From Tubiluchus corallicola (lineage: Eukaryota > Animalia > Priapulida): 64,000 nt of DNA. Below the pieces are notes generated by a model. The model made no database searches, was not told the DNA's origin, and saw only the letters and a list, made by a program, of their open reading frames with translations. Made by a program: the position numbers and the translations under genes. The stretch covers positions 22,713-86,712 of the forward strand of contig JAQGDQ010000865.1 in assembly GCA_030141605.1 (NCBI GenBank), written 5' to 3'. Below, piece by piece: positions 25,601-36,150 of this stretch. How positions within the stretch are numbered: the stretch's first letter is position 1; each line of letters begins with the position of its first letter.

Positions 25601-27863
25601 GGGTTTCTATTATGCGGAACGTGAAGATATCGTCCCTTATAACCGAAAGTCTCTTAAATCCGAGTACCTTATATACGAAGATTTTCACATAGGAAAAACG
25701 TTAGGAAAAATTGGGACCGGTGTTGATGGTCCCTTATAAACGAACGTGCCTTATAACCGAAAGTCCTTTATATCCGAGTAACTTATATATGAAGATTTTT
25801 ATAAGGAAAATGTTACGAAAAATCGGGACCGGTGTTGATGGTCTCTTATAAACGAATGTGCCTTATAAGCGAGTACCTTATATCCGAGGTTGACTGTATG
25901 TTACCTTGCACCCCATGTATCTTACCGGCTGGCCGTTATCATTATAGTATTAGACAGAGCAGGTATCATCAGACAATAAGCAGGGATGTTACCGAAACTG
26001 AAACTACAAACCGAAACGGAAATTTACGAAACTTAAGAAACCGAAACGAAACCGAACCGAAATCACATTTGCAAAACCAACTGTTTAAAAAACTCTGAAA
26101 CATGTAAAATAGTTTGTTTATTTATATTTGTCCGGACACAAGCTTGACGAAGAAGCTAGGCAAAAAAATTCTAACCAAAAAAATAGAACAATGTTCACGG
26201 TTAAAGATATTCAAGGTTAAAAAAACTGACAAATTTTATTTTGTAAATATTTTGTCACCAATATTTTGTAAATTATAAAATTAAACTTGGTTTTATTCAA
26301 ATTATGCTGTGATATTTCAGTTCATTGTGCCTGGAGACCTTAAAGCTTCACAGTCGTCAGCACTAAAGATGTCCCGCATTGCTGTAAAAAGCATGCTACA
26401 AAGTTTTGATAAACGATATTTATGATTTATTTGAGTTATTTAAAACCAAAATTTTTCCACGATTTTTAACATCTAGCAGAAAATGGGTAAGCTGGATAAA
26501 TACTACTAAAACCTTGGAGAAATGCTTCGGAAAATTACCGAAAGCTTCAGCTACGAAACTTGATAATTTTTCACAAAAATTAATGTGCAATATAATGACA
26601 AACCAAAACAAAATCGACATCCCTGATAATAACAGATAGCTTATTCATGGGGAATTAGTGAAGTTACAACATGTCACTTATTGAATCTCCCTGTTTAATC
26701 GGGCATTTTTCACATATCCCTAATCTCCATTTCATGAGGATCATTTCGATACCAAGTTCATGGCTCTATGTTATTTCTAAGGTGAGATAATTGAACTTGA
26801 GGTTGAAATTGAATTTCTAAGCCACGTTGAAGTTGAGGTGTAGGCTACGCAGTGAAAAACTTAATCTTGAGAAAACTGCTGTTAAAGTTAGTCATTGTTT
26901 TTGCCGCGTTTTCACAAAATACTTAGCAGCCACACTCTATGGACTTGACAAGAACACATTAAAGTTACATTTAAATCCAGTAGATGGCTCTTCCTGATGA
27001 AGATCTGGTCTTGTCAGCAAAAAAACCTGAAGCAAAATGACTGATTCCATGAGCCACTGTAGGAGTTCGAAATTACAAGTCTTCTTACAATTGCAGTACT
27101 AGTTTAGACAGAAAAGTGGTTAAGGAGTTTTAAAATTGGATTTTTAGTATTTTTTGGACATTTTCTTGATAATTTGGCACTAGAATATAAAAGTCCACTA
27201 TATATAGTGTTTGTTTTTATAAAAAGAAAAAACAAAAATTGACATTTGACCAAATTTCAGGTCATTCTACTTTGAAGCACCATAACATAGTTTTAACTGG
27301 ACGGTTTTGGTTTGCAAGCACACATGCAATTTACTAAAGTATTGAAAACTTATTAAAGCAGACAAAACTTATTAATGTTGTCTTCTACTACAAATATTAG
27401 TATTGTGCAATTGGACAACTTCTTAACATACTTCCTATTGGACTATCCTGTACAAATAGATAATTTAACACACTCTGGGCCACCCTGTATGAATTATAAC
27501 CTAACTCAGCTTGAATCACCATGCACAAATGGGTTGCAATAAAACTCATTTTGGGCCACTCTGTACGACAAATTGATAAGAAACTTAACTCACATTAAGG
27601 CACCTTCTAAAATGATAAAAAACTCACCCTGGGTCACCCTGTACAAATGGGTAACAGCTCGTCATGTACTTGGGTAAGCCAGAAAAGTGCGATGGCTGAG
27701 CAGTCGAGCCATCCTCAGTAACCGACTGAGCCGGCACCACCGCCGTTCTGACGCTGACGATTTCCTGGTTAGCAACCGGATGTTGGCATTGTTCTGACGT
27801 CGCATCCGAGCCGCCGAGCTGACGGGGGACAAACGGCTCGCAATCTGCTGACAACTTGTACAT
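3106..27863 (-). CDS. SECISBP2L: SECIS-binding protein 2 (SBP2L-type), about 1106 aa, 17 coding exons
   Basis: Exons (minus): 27863-27628, 25149-24965, 23360-23254, 20169-20064, 18367-18253, 17160-16850, 15653-15514, 14399-14282, 13978-13818, 11666-11577, 10110-9926, 9046-8976, 8127-7947, 6040-5935, 5253-5139, 4984-4830, 4044-3106. All phases are compatible and the total is 3321 nt. Motifs: N-terminal PAM2-like KLSADCEPFVP and YMTSCYPFVQ; PIQFDIGNIIAALE; Sec-incorporation domain NPLDSTAP..KRPSPLKKIILKERE; IHSRRFREYC; L7Ae RNA-binding domain RRIVLGLREVTKHLKLRKLKLLIISPNLERIQSKGGLDDAL..VPFVFALGRRALGRA..VSVVGIFNYEGSE. The C-terminal GHSRTPSACSAISFTSSILSEPISE and RIESW match SBP2L rather than SBP2. 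The low-complexity N-terminal exons rest on splice sites and phase only. Confidence 0.93.
4214..4517 (+). mobile_element. tRNA-derived SINE with a Meta-domain-like core (MetaSINE-like)
   Basis: tRNA-like head (A-box TAGTCTAGTGG, B-box GAGTTCAAACC), followed by CCGGGTCATACCAAAGACTTTAAAAATGGTGCCTGC..CCCTGCCTGGCGC, which I recall as the Meta domain. Ends in AATAAA plus an (ATT)n tail. Confidence 0.7.
5340..5795. repeat. Degenerate (ATC)n trinucleotide tract
   Basis: CAT/CAC/TAT repeats. This explains the poly-Met and poly-Ile ORFs. Confidence 0.95.
7021..7585. repeat. (AGC/AGT)n trinucleotide tract with an internal inverted (GCT)n block
   Basis: AGC/AGT repeats at 7021-7260 and 7386-7585. The central 7261-7385 is mostly GCT/CTG, i.e. 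the complementary phase. Confidence 0.95.
8277..8740. repeat. Mixed 8/10-bp minisatellite (AAACAACT / AAACAACTAT)
   Basis: Direct tandem units, almost devoid of G. Confidence 0.95.
9062..9602. mobile_element. Kolobok-like MITE
   Basis: TTAA on both sides (9058-9061, 9603-9606). TIRs AAGAAAACCGGATGATTGT / ACAATCATCTGGTTTTCCT with purine-purine termini. The internal segment 9376-9480 is a single copy of the 125-bp satellite unit at 18671. Confidence 0.75.
9735..9884. mobile_element. hAT-like MITE terminal fragment
   Basis: ACCGGAACCGG subterminal repeats ending in GTACCGTAACCCTA. No matching left TIR is clearly visible. Confidence 0.35.
11716..12059 (-). mobile_element. Solo LTR-like element, copy 1
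   Basis: Reverse-complement homologue of 46649-46985. Starts TGTTGCGGAGA, has an internal TATATAA, an AATAAA about 40 nt before the end, and an imperfect terminal inverted repeat. No TSD seen. Confidence 0.6.
12345..13745. repeat. 35-bp telomere-like minisatellite (GTTGGATCAGGGTTAGGGTTAGGTTAGAACTTTGT)n
   Basis: About 37 tandem units built from TTAGGG/TTAGG variants. Diagnostic variants recur every 210 bp. Confidence 0.95.
15036..15491. mobile_element. piggyBac-like non-autonomous element
   Basis: TTAA|CCCTTTCATACCC ... GGGACTGAAAGCG|TTAA, i.e. a TTAA TSD with CCCTTTC-type TIRs. Confidence 0.75.
16160..16763 (+). mobile_element. Dispersed Kolobok-like repeat, copy 1
   Basis: Homologous (inverted) to 38373-39425. 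Ends GGTTTTGCT|TTAA, and the same end recurs at 54670-54715. The left boundary is approximate. Confidence 0.6.
17240..18174. mobile_element. MITE of unassigned DNA-transposon superfamily, interrupted by a SINE
   Basis: Imperfect TIRs CACTCATAACATGGTTTGCCGGAC / GTCCGGCAAACCGAGATATGAGGTG. A related inverted copy at about 42965-43340 lacks the SINE. Confidence 0.6.
17328..17612 (-). mobile_element. 5'-truncated copy of the 5S-derived SINE
   Basis: Matches the 3' half of 20735-21283. 14-bp TSD AGCCGCCATGTATT (17314-17327 and 17613-17626). Confidence 0.9.
18671..19280. repeat. 125-bp tandem repeat (about 5 copies) inside a Kolobok-like element starting at 18579
   Basis: Units begin GCAAAG at 18671, 18796, 18921, 19045 and 19170. 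Upstream terminus TTAA|AGGAAAACC. Confidence 0.9.
19490..19752. repeat. (CT)n-rich microsatellite
   Basis: Polypyrimidine CT tract. Confidence 0.95.
20319..20637. mobile_element. Tc1/mariner (pogo-type) MITE
   Basis: TA|CAGTCAACCCTCGTTAAACCGGAC ... GTCCGGTTTAACGAGGGTCGACGG|TA. Confidence 0.85.
20735..21283 (-). mobile_element. Full-length 5S rRNA-derived SINE (SINE3 type), about 550 bp
   Basis: 21283-21166 is a near-complete 5S rRNA sequence (..CCGGTTCTCGTCTGATCACTGAAGTTAAGCAAC..GGTTAGTACTTGGATGGGTGACCGCCTAGGAATACCAGGTGCTGTAGGCTT). It has no poly-T terminator and runs into a GC-rich body shared with the copies at 17328 and 47773. 12-bp TSD ACTGACAG[A/G]TAT (20723-20734, 21284-21295). Confidence 0.92.
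21636..22510. repeat. 25-bp minisatellite (TCGTTAGTTAGATACATTAGATACG)n
   Basis: About 35 near-identical tandem units. Confidence 0.97.
22508..22790 (+). mobile_element. Dispersed repeat, possibly Helitron-like, copy 1
   Basis: Shares ATCAAACRAAAGGTCTCGA..CTAGTGTCRTGCCATTG and ATGGATAGATAGCCC..AGCGGTGGGYGTAGTAGGCATATTTAGAAT with 48557-48845. The class assignment is inference. Confidence 0.5.
23120..23177 (-). mobile_element. Terminal fragment of the pogo-type MITE family at 53377
   Basis: CGCGATAAACGAACCGCGAAGTAGCGAGGGAACAGTG|TA is the reverse complement of the 53377 left end. Confidence 0.6.
23714..24627. repeat. 26-bp minisatellite (ATTGTTAACGTTAAAGAGATGTAGCC)n
   Basis: About 35 units with essentially one T/C polymorphic position. 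Contains the palindrome TTAACGTTAA. Confidence 0.97.
25231..25896 (+). mobile_element. Tc1/mariner (pogo-type) MITE, full length
   Basis: TA|CAGTCAAGCTCGGATATCAGG ... CCTTATATCCGAGGTTGACTG|TA, with subterminal CCTTATA repeats. An inverted relative lies at 58935-60956. Confidence 0.9.
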
Positions 27864-28064
27864 CTAAATTAGAAAGAAGTACGGAGAAAATTAAAAGTAA
27901 TGTGTTCGTATGTTTGATTTGCAATGTGCATGCTGGTAGGTTATTGCAAACTCTCTGACACTAACTGAACATACTTGCAAGTTACTTGGCAAGTTAACCT
28001 GGCAAAAAACTTGCCATTCTGAATGTGTCATAAAATAAGGTGTGCATACATTTAGATACGTTGA

Positions 28065-29705
28065 TCATTTCGACAGACGGCACTCCAGACACAAGGCTAT
28101 TTTGACACATAGGTAATTTGGACACAAGATGATTTCGACACATAGGTAACTTGGACACATAGGACATTTACAAGGTGATTTCGACACATAGGTAATTTGG
28201 ACACATAGGACATTTACAAGGTGATTTCGACACATAGGACATTTACAAGGTGATTTAGACACATAGGTAACTTGGACACATAGGACATTTACAAGGTGAT
28301 TTCGACACATAGGTAACTTGGACACATAGGACATTTACAAGGTGATTTCGACACATAGGTAACTTGGACACATAGGACATTTACAAGGTGATTTCGACCC
28401 ATAGGTAACTTGGACACATAGGACATTTACAAAGTGATTTCGATACATAGGTAACTTGGACACATAGGACATTTACAAAGTGATTTCGACACATAGGTAA
28501 CTTGGACACATAGGACATTTACAAAGTGATTTCGACCCATAGGTAACTTGGACACATAGGACATTTACAAGGTGATTTCGACACATAGGTAACTTGGACA
28601 CATAGGACATTTACAAAGTGCAAAGTGATTTGAATACATGATGATTTGGATGCGTAAAGCGAGTCTGCAAGTCCAAAAATATGTGAATATTAGGGCATCT
28701 TTTGCCAGCTTCTCTCAGCCCTGAGTAATCTTAGAAGTTGATAACTGGCATACTGTTAGAATGCAGGTGAAACTTGAAGCGTACTAATTTTTGGGTCAAT
28801 CAATGTAAATTTGTTTTTTCATGATTTTTAAATATCCGCATACAGCAACTCAAGCAGCAGTCTCCCAGCACAATCAAATGAATTATCACTCATTACTTAT
28901 TAACAAGAGATCAGTTAACAACAAATTACGTATGTGTCCAAATGTCCCGTGCATCCAATGTCCTTGTGTCCAAAAACCCTATGCGTCCAATGTTCCATGT
29001 CTCCCAAAGTCCTATGTGTTCAAATGTTCTTGTGTCCAAACATCTTATGTGTCCAAATGTCCCTACATCCAAACATCTTATGTGTCCAAATGTCCCTACA
29101 TCCAAACAACTTATGTGTCCAGATATCACATGTTCAAATGTCCTTGTATCCAAACATCTTATGTGTTCAAATGTCCTTATGTCCAAACATCTTATGTGTC
29201 CAAATGTCCTTGTTTCCAAACAACTTATGTGTCCAAATGTCGTATGTGTCCAAATGTCCTTGTGTCCAAACAGCTTGTGTCCAAATGTCCTTGTTTCCAA
29301 ACAACTTATGTGTCCAAATGTCGTATGTGTCCAAATGTCCTTGTGTCCAAACAGCTTGTGTCCAAATGTCCTTGTATCCAAACATCTTATGTGTCCAAAT
29401 GTCCCTACATCCAAACAACTTATGTGTCCAGATATCACATGTGTTCAAATGTCCTTATGTCCAAACAACTTATGTGTCCAAATGTCGTATGTGTCCAAAT
29501 GTCCTTGTTTCCAAACAACTTATGTGTCCAGATATCACATGTTCAAATGTCCTTGTATCCAAACATCTTATGTGTCCAAATGTCCTTATGTCCAAACATC
29601 TTATGTGTCCAAATGTCCTTATGTCCAAACAACTTATGTGTCCAAATGTCGTATGTGTTCAAATGTCCTTGTGTCCAAACAGCTTGTGTCCAAATGTCAA
29701 AACCC
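28065..29705. mobile_element. Foldback-like element: two oppositely oriented short-unit arrays around a unique core
   Basis: Left arm 28065-28650 is made of TTGGACACATAGGACATT / TTCGACACATAGG units. Right arm 28930-29705 is made of complementary TATGTGTCCAAATGTCC units. Non-repetitive core at about 28650-28930. Confidence 0.65.
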
Positions 29706-29761
29706 CTGTAATACTACAATACATTTACAAGTAGAGAAAAAATTACTATGCAAGGTTACAC

Positions 29762-29793
29762 TACACGCATGCACCCACACGCGCACACGCACG

Positions 29794-29829
<36 letters not shown>
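29762..29829. repeat. (CA)n microsatellite
   Basis: Direct CA/CACG repeats. Confidence 0.95.
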
Positions 29830-29831
<2 letters not shown>

Positions 29832-30659
29832 ATAACTGCCTAGCATTTTAATAAAAAGCTTAAATTTTAATAAAAAGCTTAAAGGTCAAAGTAACTGCAG
29901 GTCAAAGTAGTTCCAAGGCTGCACATCACACAGCTGCCTCAGTCAATCAAATATTCATTCTACTACGCTATATTATACTACATATGAATACGCAATACTA
30001 TAATCAGCAGATCTTTCAACATATACCTTCAAATTCTAGTAAATTAATTATTAATTAAATATTCGTTCAATTTCGCTCGACTTGAACATATAACTAACTA
30101 CATTATTAGTCGATTACAATGGTCTTTTTGTGTCCTGTCCTATGCTGGTAACATATAGCTTATAATTGTAATTATTGTATTTGTCATCTCATTCTAATGA
30201 GATACATAGATTATGTCGTAAGGCACTCATTATTATTCATACGACTAAAATATTACAGCACTGAGATAAAAAAAATTACTACACGCAGTAAACATTTAAA
30301 ACATTCATTGTGACCTGCAAACTAACCAGAAAGTACTTGTCATATGGATAACACTGCACACTAAAATTTATTAATATTAAAGATGAATGTCGTAAAAAAA
30401 TCTGTTACCATACTGCACTGTACATGTAAAAACTGAAGCTAAATTTGACGCACTGTATTCATCAATAGACATCTTTGGTCATCGTCTTTACATCTATAGT
30501 CAATAGCTTCTGATATTAACAATTAAAAATTAAAGTAATTACGATGATTAATGATGTAATGAAATAATAATTAAGATACAGGATAATGTCTTCATTCACT
30601 GCGAGATGCAGCATTTCTCTATGAAATGGTCACGTGATAGTTAAAGATCATAGTCACCG

Positions 30660-31340
30660 AATAATCTGGTGTGAGTCAGAGACAGATTTTGGAGCTATTT
30701 TCGACAAAATGCTTTCATTTGAAGATTATATCAACAAAAATATAAAAAAGCTAAAGAGATAAATATGGATTAAACAAAAAATATGGGGTTTTTAATTCTA
30801 TGAGTGTACTTCACCCCTTAATCATGATTAGTAATTGCACGGCAGTATAATAACTAAATCTTTTACCATGCTGACCCGTTATATGTTCATCTGTTTGTAC
30901 TACAAAGTTCTTGTAAGAGCCCTTTCTTGAATTTTCTAGCTCAGTATGGCACCATCAATAAATAAATATATCAGTGAGCTCGAACAAATTTAAAGATATG
31001 CAACAAGAATTAAAGCACAGATTTAAAAGGACTGTCATCATTTTGACAAGGTTAAAGCTTTTGAAATTGCTAAAGCTCAAATTGCTTTACAGGAAACTGA
31101 GAGGCAGATGTCTGATAGAAGCTTATAAGATTTTAGTAAATATATATGATAGAGCTGCAAGCCCTTCAATTGAGATTCAGAATAATCAATCACCAGAGGC
31201 CATTCAGATCATACTAAATCTATAGGACTGAGTTCCCTCAGAATTGTAGATTCGTGGAAAAGCTTACTTAATGATGTCATATGTAGATGTCTCTATAAAA
31301 CAGCTGGCAAACAATGGGCTGGGAATAGATATAGTCTTCG
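30660..31340 (+). mobile_element. Decayed CR1-like LINE, 3' reverse transcriptase region
   Basis: Frameshifted motifs ETDFGAIFDKMLSFEDYIN (the KDLGVxxD motif), LYYKVLVR..LEFSSSVWHH and RKLRGRCLIEAYKIL (the RRLRGDLIExYK motif). Confidence 0.75.
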
Positions 31341-33660
31341 ATTACAATGAGCCCTTCGAGGACAAATGCATTACTATACAATTTGGCTAAAAGATTACTA
31401 TGCCAAAACAACAGAATGTAACATGAGGTAACTTAAGGAAGCTTTTCTCCAAGTACAGGCAGACTGTAAAGTGTTGAAATTGTAAAATGATATGGTCAGG
31501 CTGAAATCACCATTTCTAGATACACATTCACTTACCATGATTATTACTCACATGCTGACTGTTGGTCAAGGCAACAGCAGACAAAGAATACCAATGAGAG
31601 CTGTGCTGTAGTGCTGTGTGATTTTAAAAATTGTTCTGCATGCTTCATAGAAGACACACATGCAAATATGCAGGCATACACACAAACAAGCACTCTTACA
31701 TGTGCGCATATGCACACAACAAACACTTGTGACTTTGACAACAACAGCTAAAAACATATCTAATAATGATAAATTAATAATGCCAAAATAATTTATTGTT
31801 ATTAATATGAGATCTAATGTGGTTAGATGACAAACATCTGCTGTATTCAGGTCCGGGGGGCAGTTCTTGGGGCAAGACTAGCATGGTGGCAGTTGACAGA
31901 AGGCAGCAGAAAGGACTACTATGCTGCCTGGGTATAGGCTTGTCCAGAAATAAAATTGGCTGATGGTGGTGGTCACATGTGTTGGATTATATGAAGCCCC
32001 TTCTATGCAGTTCTCCATTGGTAATAAAGAGAAATCAGTAAATACTGTGACTGACAGGCAGGTGGCTTCAGTGGAAAAAGCTCAAACATCTCAGGCCATT
32101 CACGTAATGGGTCGTCATTTGGCTCTGGTAAGTCAGATGCAATAATGCAGCAGCCGTGCAATAGATGGAATTTGGCCATCAAAAAGATATTGCTACTTGG
32201 ATGACAAGATCTTCGTCAGGTGAAGACATTATGTGATCTTGGACTTGGATAGGATGTGGTTTTTAAACCAAAGCAAATGAAATCTGTGACAACTTTGATG
32301 ATTTCTCTTGCAGGAGAGATGAAGAGAGCAGTAATGGCATGAAATACAATAAAAACTTGATCTTTTTCTTTGCCCTGTTGATGGCGTGGACTTCATGGCA
32401 AAATTTGGGATCAAGTCATCAGATGATGGTAGGTGAAGCCAATCCATACATGACTATTTCAAAATTGTATGGTCGATAAATTGTGTGCGTTCAAGCTACA
32501 AATTACAGCATTAGGCTTGCCTTTACTTCTTCTACGTAATAGAATGGCTATTGGGTCAAATGACACCATTTGACAGCAATGCTCATACATATTTTACAAA
32601 AAGTTTTGTACATTATACAACTTTCAAATTGTACTGATACAGTGAACGATGGCCAAAAAAGTGCGTTTGCATGAATGCTTGTGTGATGTGCATGTGCATA
32701 GTGCATAAAAATTAGGCAATATTTGCTAGAGTATTTGTGCTTGAACGTGCAATGCTTTTTTTAGAATCACAAAGTACCAATTCAAGTGTAGGGATGATGA
32801 CGGTGGTGATACTGATGACGACGATGATGACGACGATGATGACGACAATGACATCGACCCCAATACTTTTAGAAAAAATTACAGTTACAGTATTTTTGTG
32901 AATTTAAATCATAATAAAAGTTTTTTCTGTAACAACACAACAATGTTTTGCATATTAGAAACATTGCTTTTATTTTCTTCTACTTTTCTTTCTTTTCTGC
33001 TTTCCCTTCCTCTTTTTTTCAATATTCTTTATCACTCTCACAAGTTTGCTAATACATCGATGAGAGATGGTAGCAACAATAGTAACAATAGAAGTGGTTG
33101 TGATGTAATAACAATCATGCTATAATAACTCTGCAGTGCCTATAGCAGTAGCAACTTTTCATTTTACCAAAATATTCTTGCGTGCCAACTGGAATACAAA
33201 TTGCATGGCAGTGAAGTGGTTAATTCTGTTCAAGATGATATGGGTGACAGTCTGGTTTGCAATGCACAGGAGTGTGATGGGATGATACTTGAAAGCCTGG
33301 GTGTGGACTATATCAACGGATCAAAAATTGTGTTTAAGATGATTAAGATGAATAAGATTAACATATTTGAATAGGATTTTCTTCCCGGTTAGCAAAAACT
33401 CAATTACGAGAAGTCTAAAAAGAGTATGTGGGAGAGCGAAGGCAGAGGCAGTTTTAGCTGTCATCACCTTCCTCATCTCTTCAGTGAAGCCATCATTTTT
33501 ACAAGTTCGAAAGCATAATTTAAAAAAATGACCAAATCATGTAACTAGTTTTGATTTTCTATTGACTTGATTTATTAATATATCCTTATAAATTTAAATA
33601 CTGATTATGTTTTAATATAAATTTATTAGAGTCTTTGCGTAAATTATAATGAACATTTGC

Positions 33661-33684
33661 CTTTGCTTTGTCGTTCATTTTCAT
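33661..33684 (-). CDS. Candidate first coding exon of SECISBP2L (MKMNDKAK)
   Basis: The ATG at 27863 sits directly after a splice acceptor (TTTCTAATTTAG|ATG), so an upstream exon is required. This 24-nt phase-0 segment ends AAG|GCAAAT (GC donor) and lies 355 bp from the NOB1 start. From memory, vertebrate SBP2L has a similarly short first coding exon. An alternative is ATG AGG AAG|GTGATG at 33476-33468. Confidence 0.35.
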
Positions 33685-34038
33685 AGACTGCTGTTTCATC
33701 ACAGTCGATGGGTTACACCACTGTTCATAGGAACACTGGCGTTATACAGAATAGAATAGAATTATCATAATCTAGTAGCTTCTAGCTATGTATCATGGGT
33801 TAATTTTGAGTGTCACGTTTTGTTCTGTATGTACATGAACACATTCGCATCGTATTATAGCAAATTATAAAAAAAGCTAAAAAAACGGCCACTAAAAATA
33901 AAGTAAGATGAAACGAAGTTTCAGGAACCAAGGACTAGTTTGCATATAGGCAGAGTTGCCAGCTCGTTGACCTGTCATCAACTCCACACGTGAAATTGGT
34001 TTTGAAAACAAGAACGAAATTTCATTGATATCTCAATA
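33685..34038. promoter_or_regulatory. Putative bidirectional promoter SECISBP2L/NOB1
   Basis: Short interval between divergent genes. Contains GAGTTGCCAG and an E-box CACGTG just upstream of the NOB1 ATG. Depends on the exon-1 call. Confidence 0.35.
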
Positions 34039-35235
34039 ATGGTTGTACAACGAGCATCGCGCGTTGTTGTTGATTCAGGAGCTTTTATTAAGTGTTTGAA
34101 TTTACAAAATTTAGGCGAAACTATTTACAGTACGAAAGAAGTGGTGGCCGAAATCAAGGATCGACAGACAAGGCAACGTCTTCAAGTTCTTCCGTATGAA
34201 TTAAATTTACAAGAGCCAGCGCCAGAATGCATTCATTTTGTAACAGAATTTGCAAAAAAGACCGGAGATTATGCTTTCTTGTCTGCTACTGATATCAAAG
34301 TACTTGCGCTGACTTATCAGTTAGAGAAGGAAATCGTTGGTGTAGCTCATCTCCGAAACGAACCCTCCAAGACAGCTCAGGGATCAACTATCAAAGGACC
34401 TGTTAAAGATAATGTCGTTTTACCAGGTTTTTTTCACCCAACAAACGAACGGAACAAACCTAGTGCAAGCCTTGATGAGGTCTCTGCTGATCAGACAGAA
34501 CTTTCTTGTGGTGAGGAAGAAAATGCCGAATCACTGTTGCAAAATACAGAAGCTACTCGAAACAAAGACGAAGATGACCGCGGCGATTCTGAGCACAGCA
34601 GTGACAGTGACGAAAATGATGGTGGTGGTTGGATAAACAAATCTAATATTGAATCCGTTAAACTGCAGTCTGGAGAGGGTTACGGTCAGTCGCACGTTGA
34701 AGTTGCTTGTATAACTACCGATTTTTCCATGCAGAACGTGCTTCTACAGATAGGTTTACACGTGATGTCCGTAGACGGCATGCTTATCAATCAAATTAGA
34801 ACTTACGTGTTGCGTTGTTACTCCTGTTTCAAGATCACGAAGATGATGACAAAAGCATTTTGTCCGAATTGCGGCAATAAAACTCTAAAGCGCGTCGCAG
34901 CAACGTTCGAAGAGGACGGATCGGTCACGTATTACATTTCCAAACGGCCTATTAATGTACGAGGATCCAGGTATTCTTTGCCACTTCCACAGGGTGGAAA
35001 ACATGGATTCAATCCCATTTTAACCGCAGACCAGCGAACTCCACATATGATGCCATCCAGGAAAGCCTTGGAGAAGACGAATGCGCTGGATCCCGATTAC
35101 GTAGGAAAAGTATCTCCGTTTGCTATGAATGATGTGACAAGTCGGGCCGCTCAGTTGACGATGGGCAGTGGTAAAAAGAGAAACTGGATGCAGCGAAATC
35201 CTAATCAGACTCGCAAGCCACACAGGAAGAAGTGA
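34039..35235 (+). CDS. NOB1: NOB1 RNA-binding endonuclease (18S rRNA site D cleavage), 398 aa, single coding exon
   Basis: PIN-domain motifs VVDSGAFI, EVVAEIKD, FAKKTGDYAFLSATDIKVLALTYQLE; acidic linker ending DGGGWI; VACITTDFSMQNVLLQIG; zinc ribbon LRCYSC..FCPNCGNKTL; C-terminal RGSRYSLPLPQGGKH and SPFAMNDVTSRAA. Confidence 0.97.
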   Translation: MVVQRASRVVVDSGAFIKCLNLQNLGETIYSTKEVVAEIKDRQTRQRLQVLPYELNLQEPAPECIHFVTEFAKKTGDYAFLSATDIKVLALTYQLEKEIVGVAHLRNEPSKTAQGSTIKGPVKDNVVLPGFFHPTNERNKPSASLDEVSADQTELSCGEEENAESLLQNTEATRNKDEDDRGDSEHSSDSDENDGGGWINKSNIESVKLQSGEGYGQSHVEVACITTDFSMQNVLLQIGLHVMSVDGMLINQIRTYVLRCYSCFKITKMMTKAFCPNCGNKTLKRVAATFEEDGSVTYYISKRPINVRGSRYSLPLPQGGKHGFNPILTADQRTPHMMPSRKALEKTNALDPDYVGKVSPFAMNDVTSRAAQLTMGSGKKRNWMQRNPNQTRKPHRKK

Positions 35236-35684
35236 AGAATTTGACATTCATTTTAAACAGATGTTATCTTATCGTTGATTAACATTAAGGCACATTCAAC
35301 TAAAAATGTGTTGCCTATAGCAAATTACTGGGTTTCAGAAAATATTTGCTGTTACATAATGAAAGCTATGCTTGCAGTTTCAACTTCTGACATTTTCATC
35401 AACTGTCAGTCAAGTTAGGTAAGACACTCACACGGGTTGACAATCTGGCGCATGTGCAATTAAAACTGTTTCACTTTTTGAACTGCGATGTTTGATTATA
35501 TATTGGTATCCGTGCATGTAACTCTTATCAGATCAGCTGAACTTGTTATTTATGTTTAATGTTTACCTTATTTTGCCAATAGTTAGTTGTGCAAGTTGGG
35601 CAGCAAAAGTTGGATATTCTAAAACGTCGCAGTAGCGTAAAAAAATTTAACGTCCATGATATTTTCACACGTAAAACAGTGGCA

Positions 35685-36150
35685 TAGACATCTACATAGA
35701 CATAGAACATTTATTTTCTCCAATTAGTCAAACATCAAAAGTTTTTTAGATATTAAGTAATTATAATCATGGAGAAGGGCAGGGAAGGATCATAGGGTCA
35801 TCTAGTCTCTTGCCCTTTCTTATAAGTAGATTAGTCTATTAAAAATTAACAGTGATGCTGCAGATAACAAAAACAAATAAGAAAAAAATAATAAAAACAG
35901 TATAAATGATACAAATTATCCAAAAAGAACTGAAAACAAAAAAATAATAAAGTTGGATACCAAAATCTAAACAAAACAATACAGTTATTCAGTAATTAAG
36001 ATTATTATATGTAGTAGTTTCAAATGGGGTCTTATTAACAGGGGAATTTGACCAAGGTTAGTGAGTAAAGTTAAAAACTGAGAGTATGGAAAGAAAAAAT
36101 AAGTATTAAAAAAGTTATATAGAAAAATTTATGAGAAAAAGTAAGTATGA
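35685..36150 (-). mobile_element. LINE (L2-clade-like) 3' end remnant
   Basis: On the minus strand: a hairpin (35775-35817), then AATAAA, then a short tandem-repeat tail. Same architecture at 36545-36900 and 55765-56150. The distal boundary is approximate. Confidence 0.45.

Noticed and set aside
28638-28727. Box C/D snoRNA (ATGATGA...CTGA); similar at 40621-40702
   Set aside because: The first is antisense to the host gene, the second lacks a terminal stem, and neither has a recognisable rRNA guide.
28821-29832. Cys-rich 170-296 aa ORFs on both strands
   Set aside because: Products of a stop-poor repeat array that is open in several frames at once.
31850-32450. Decayed LINE endonuclease region on the minus strand
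   Set aside because: Only vague resemblance (QH..P...LD), too degenerate to call.
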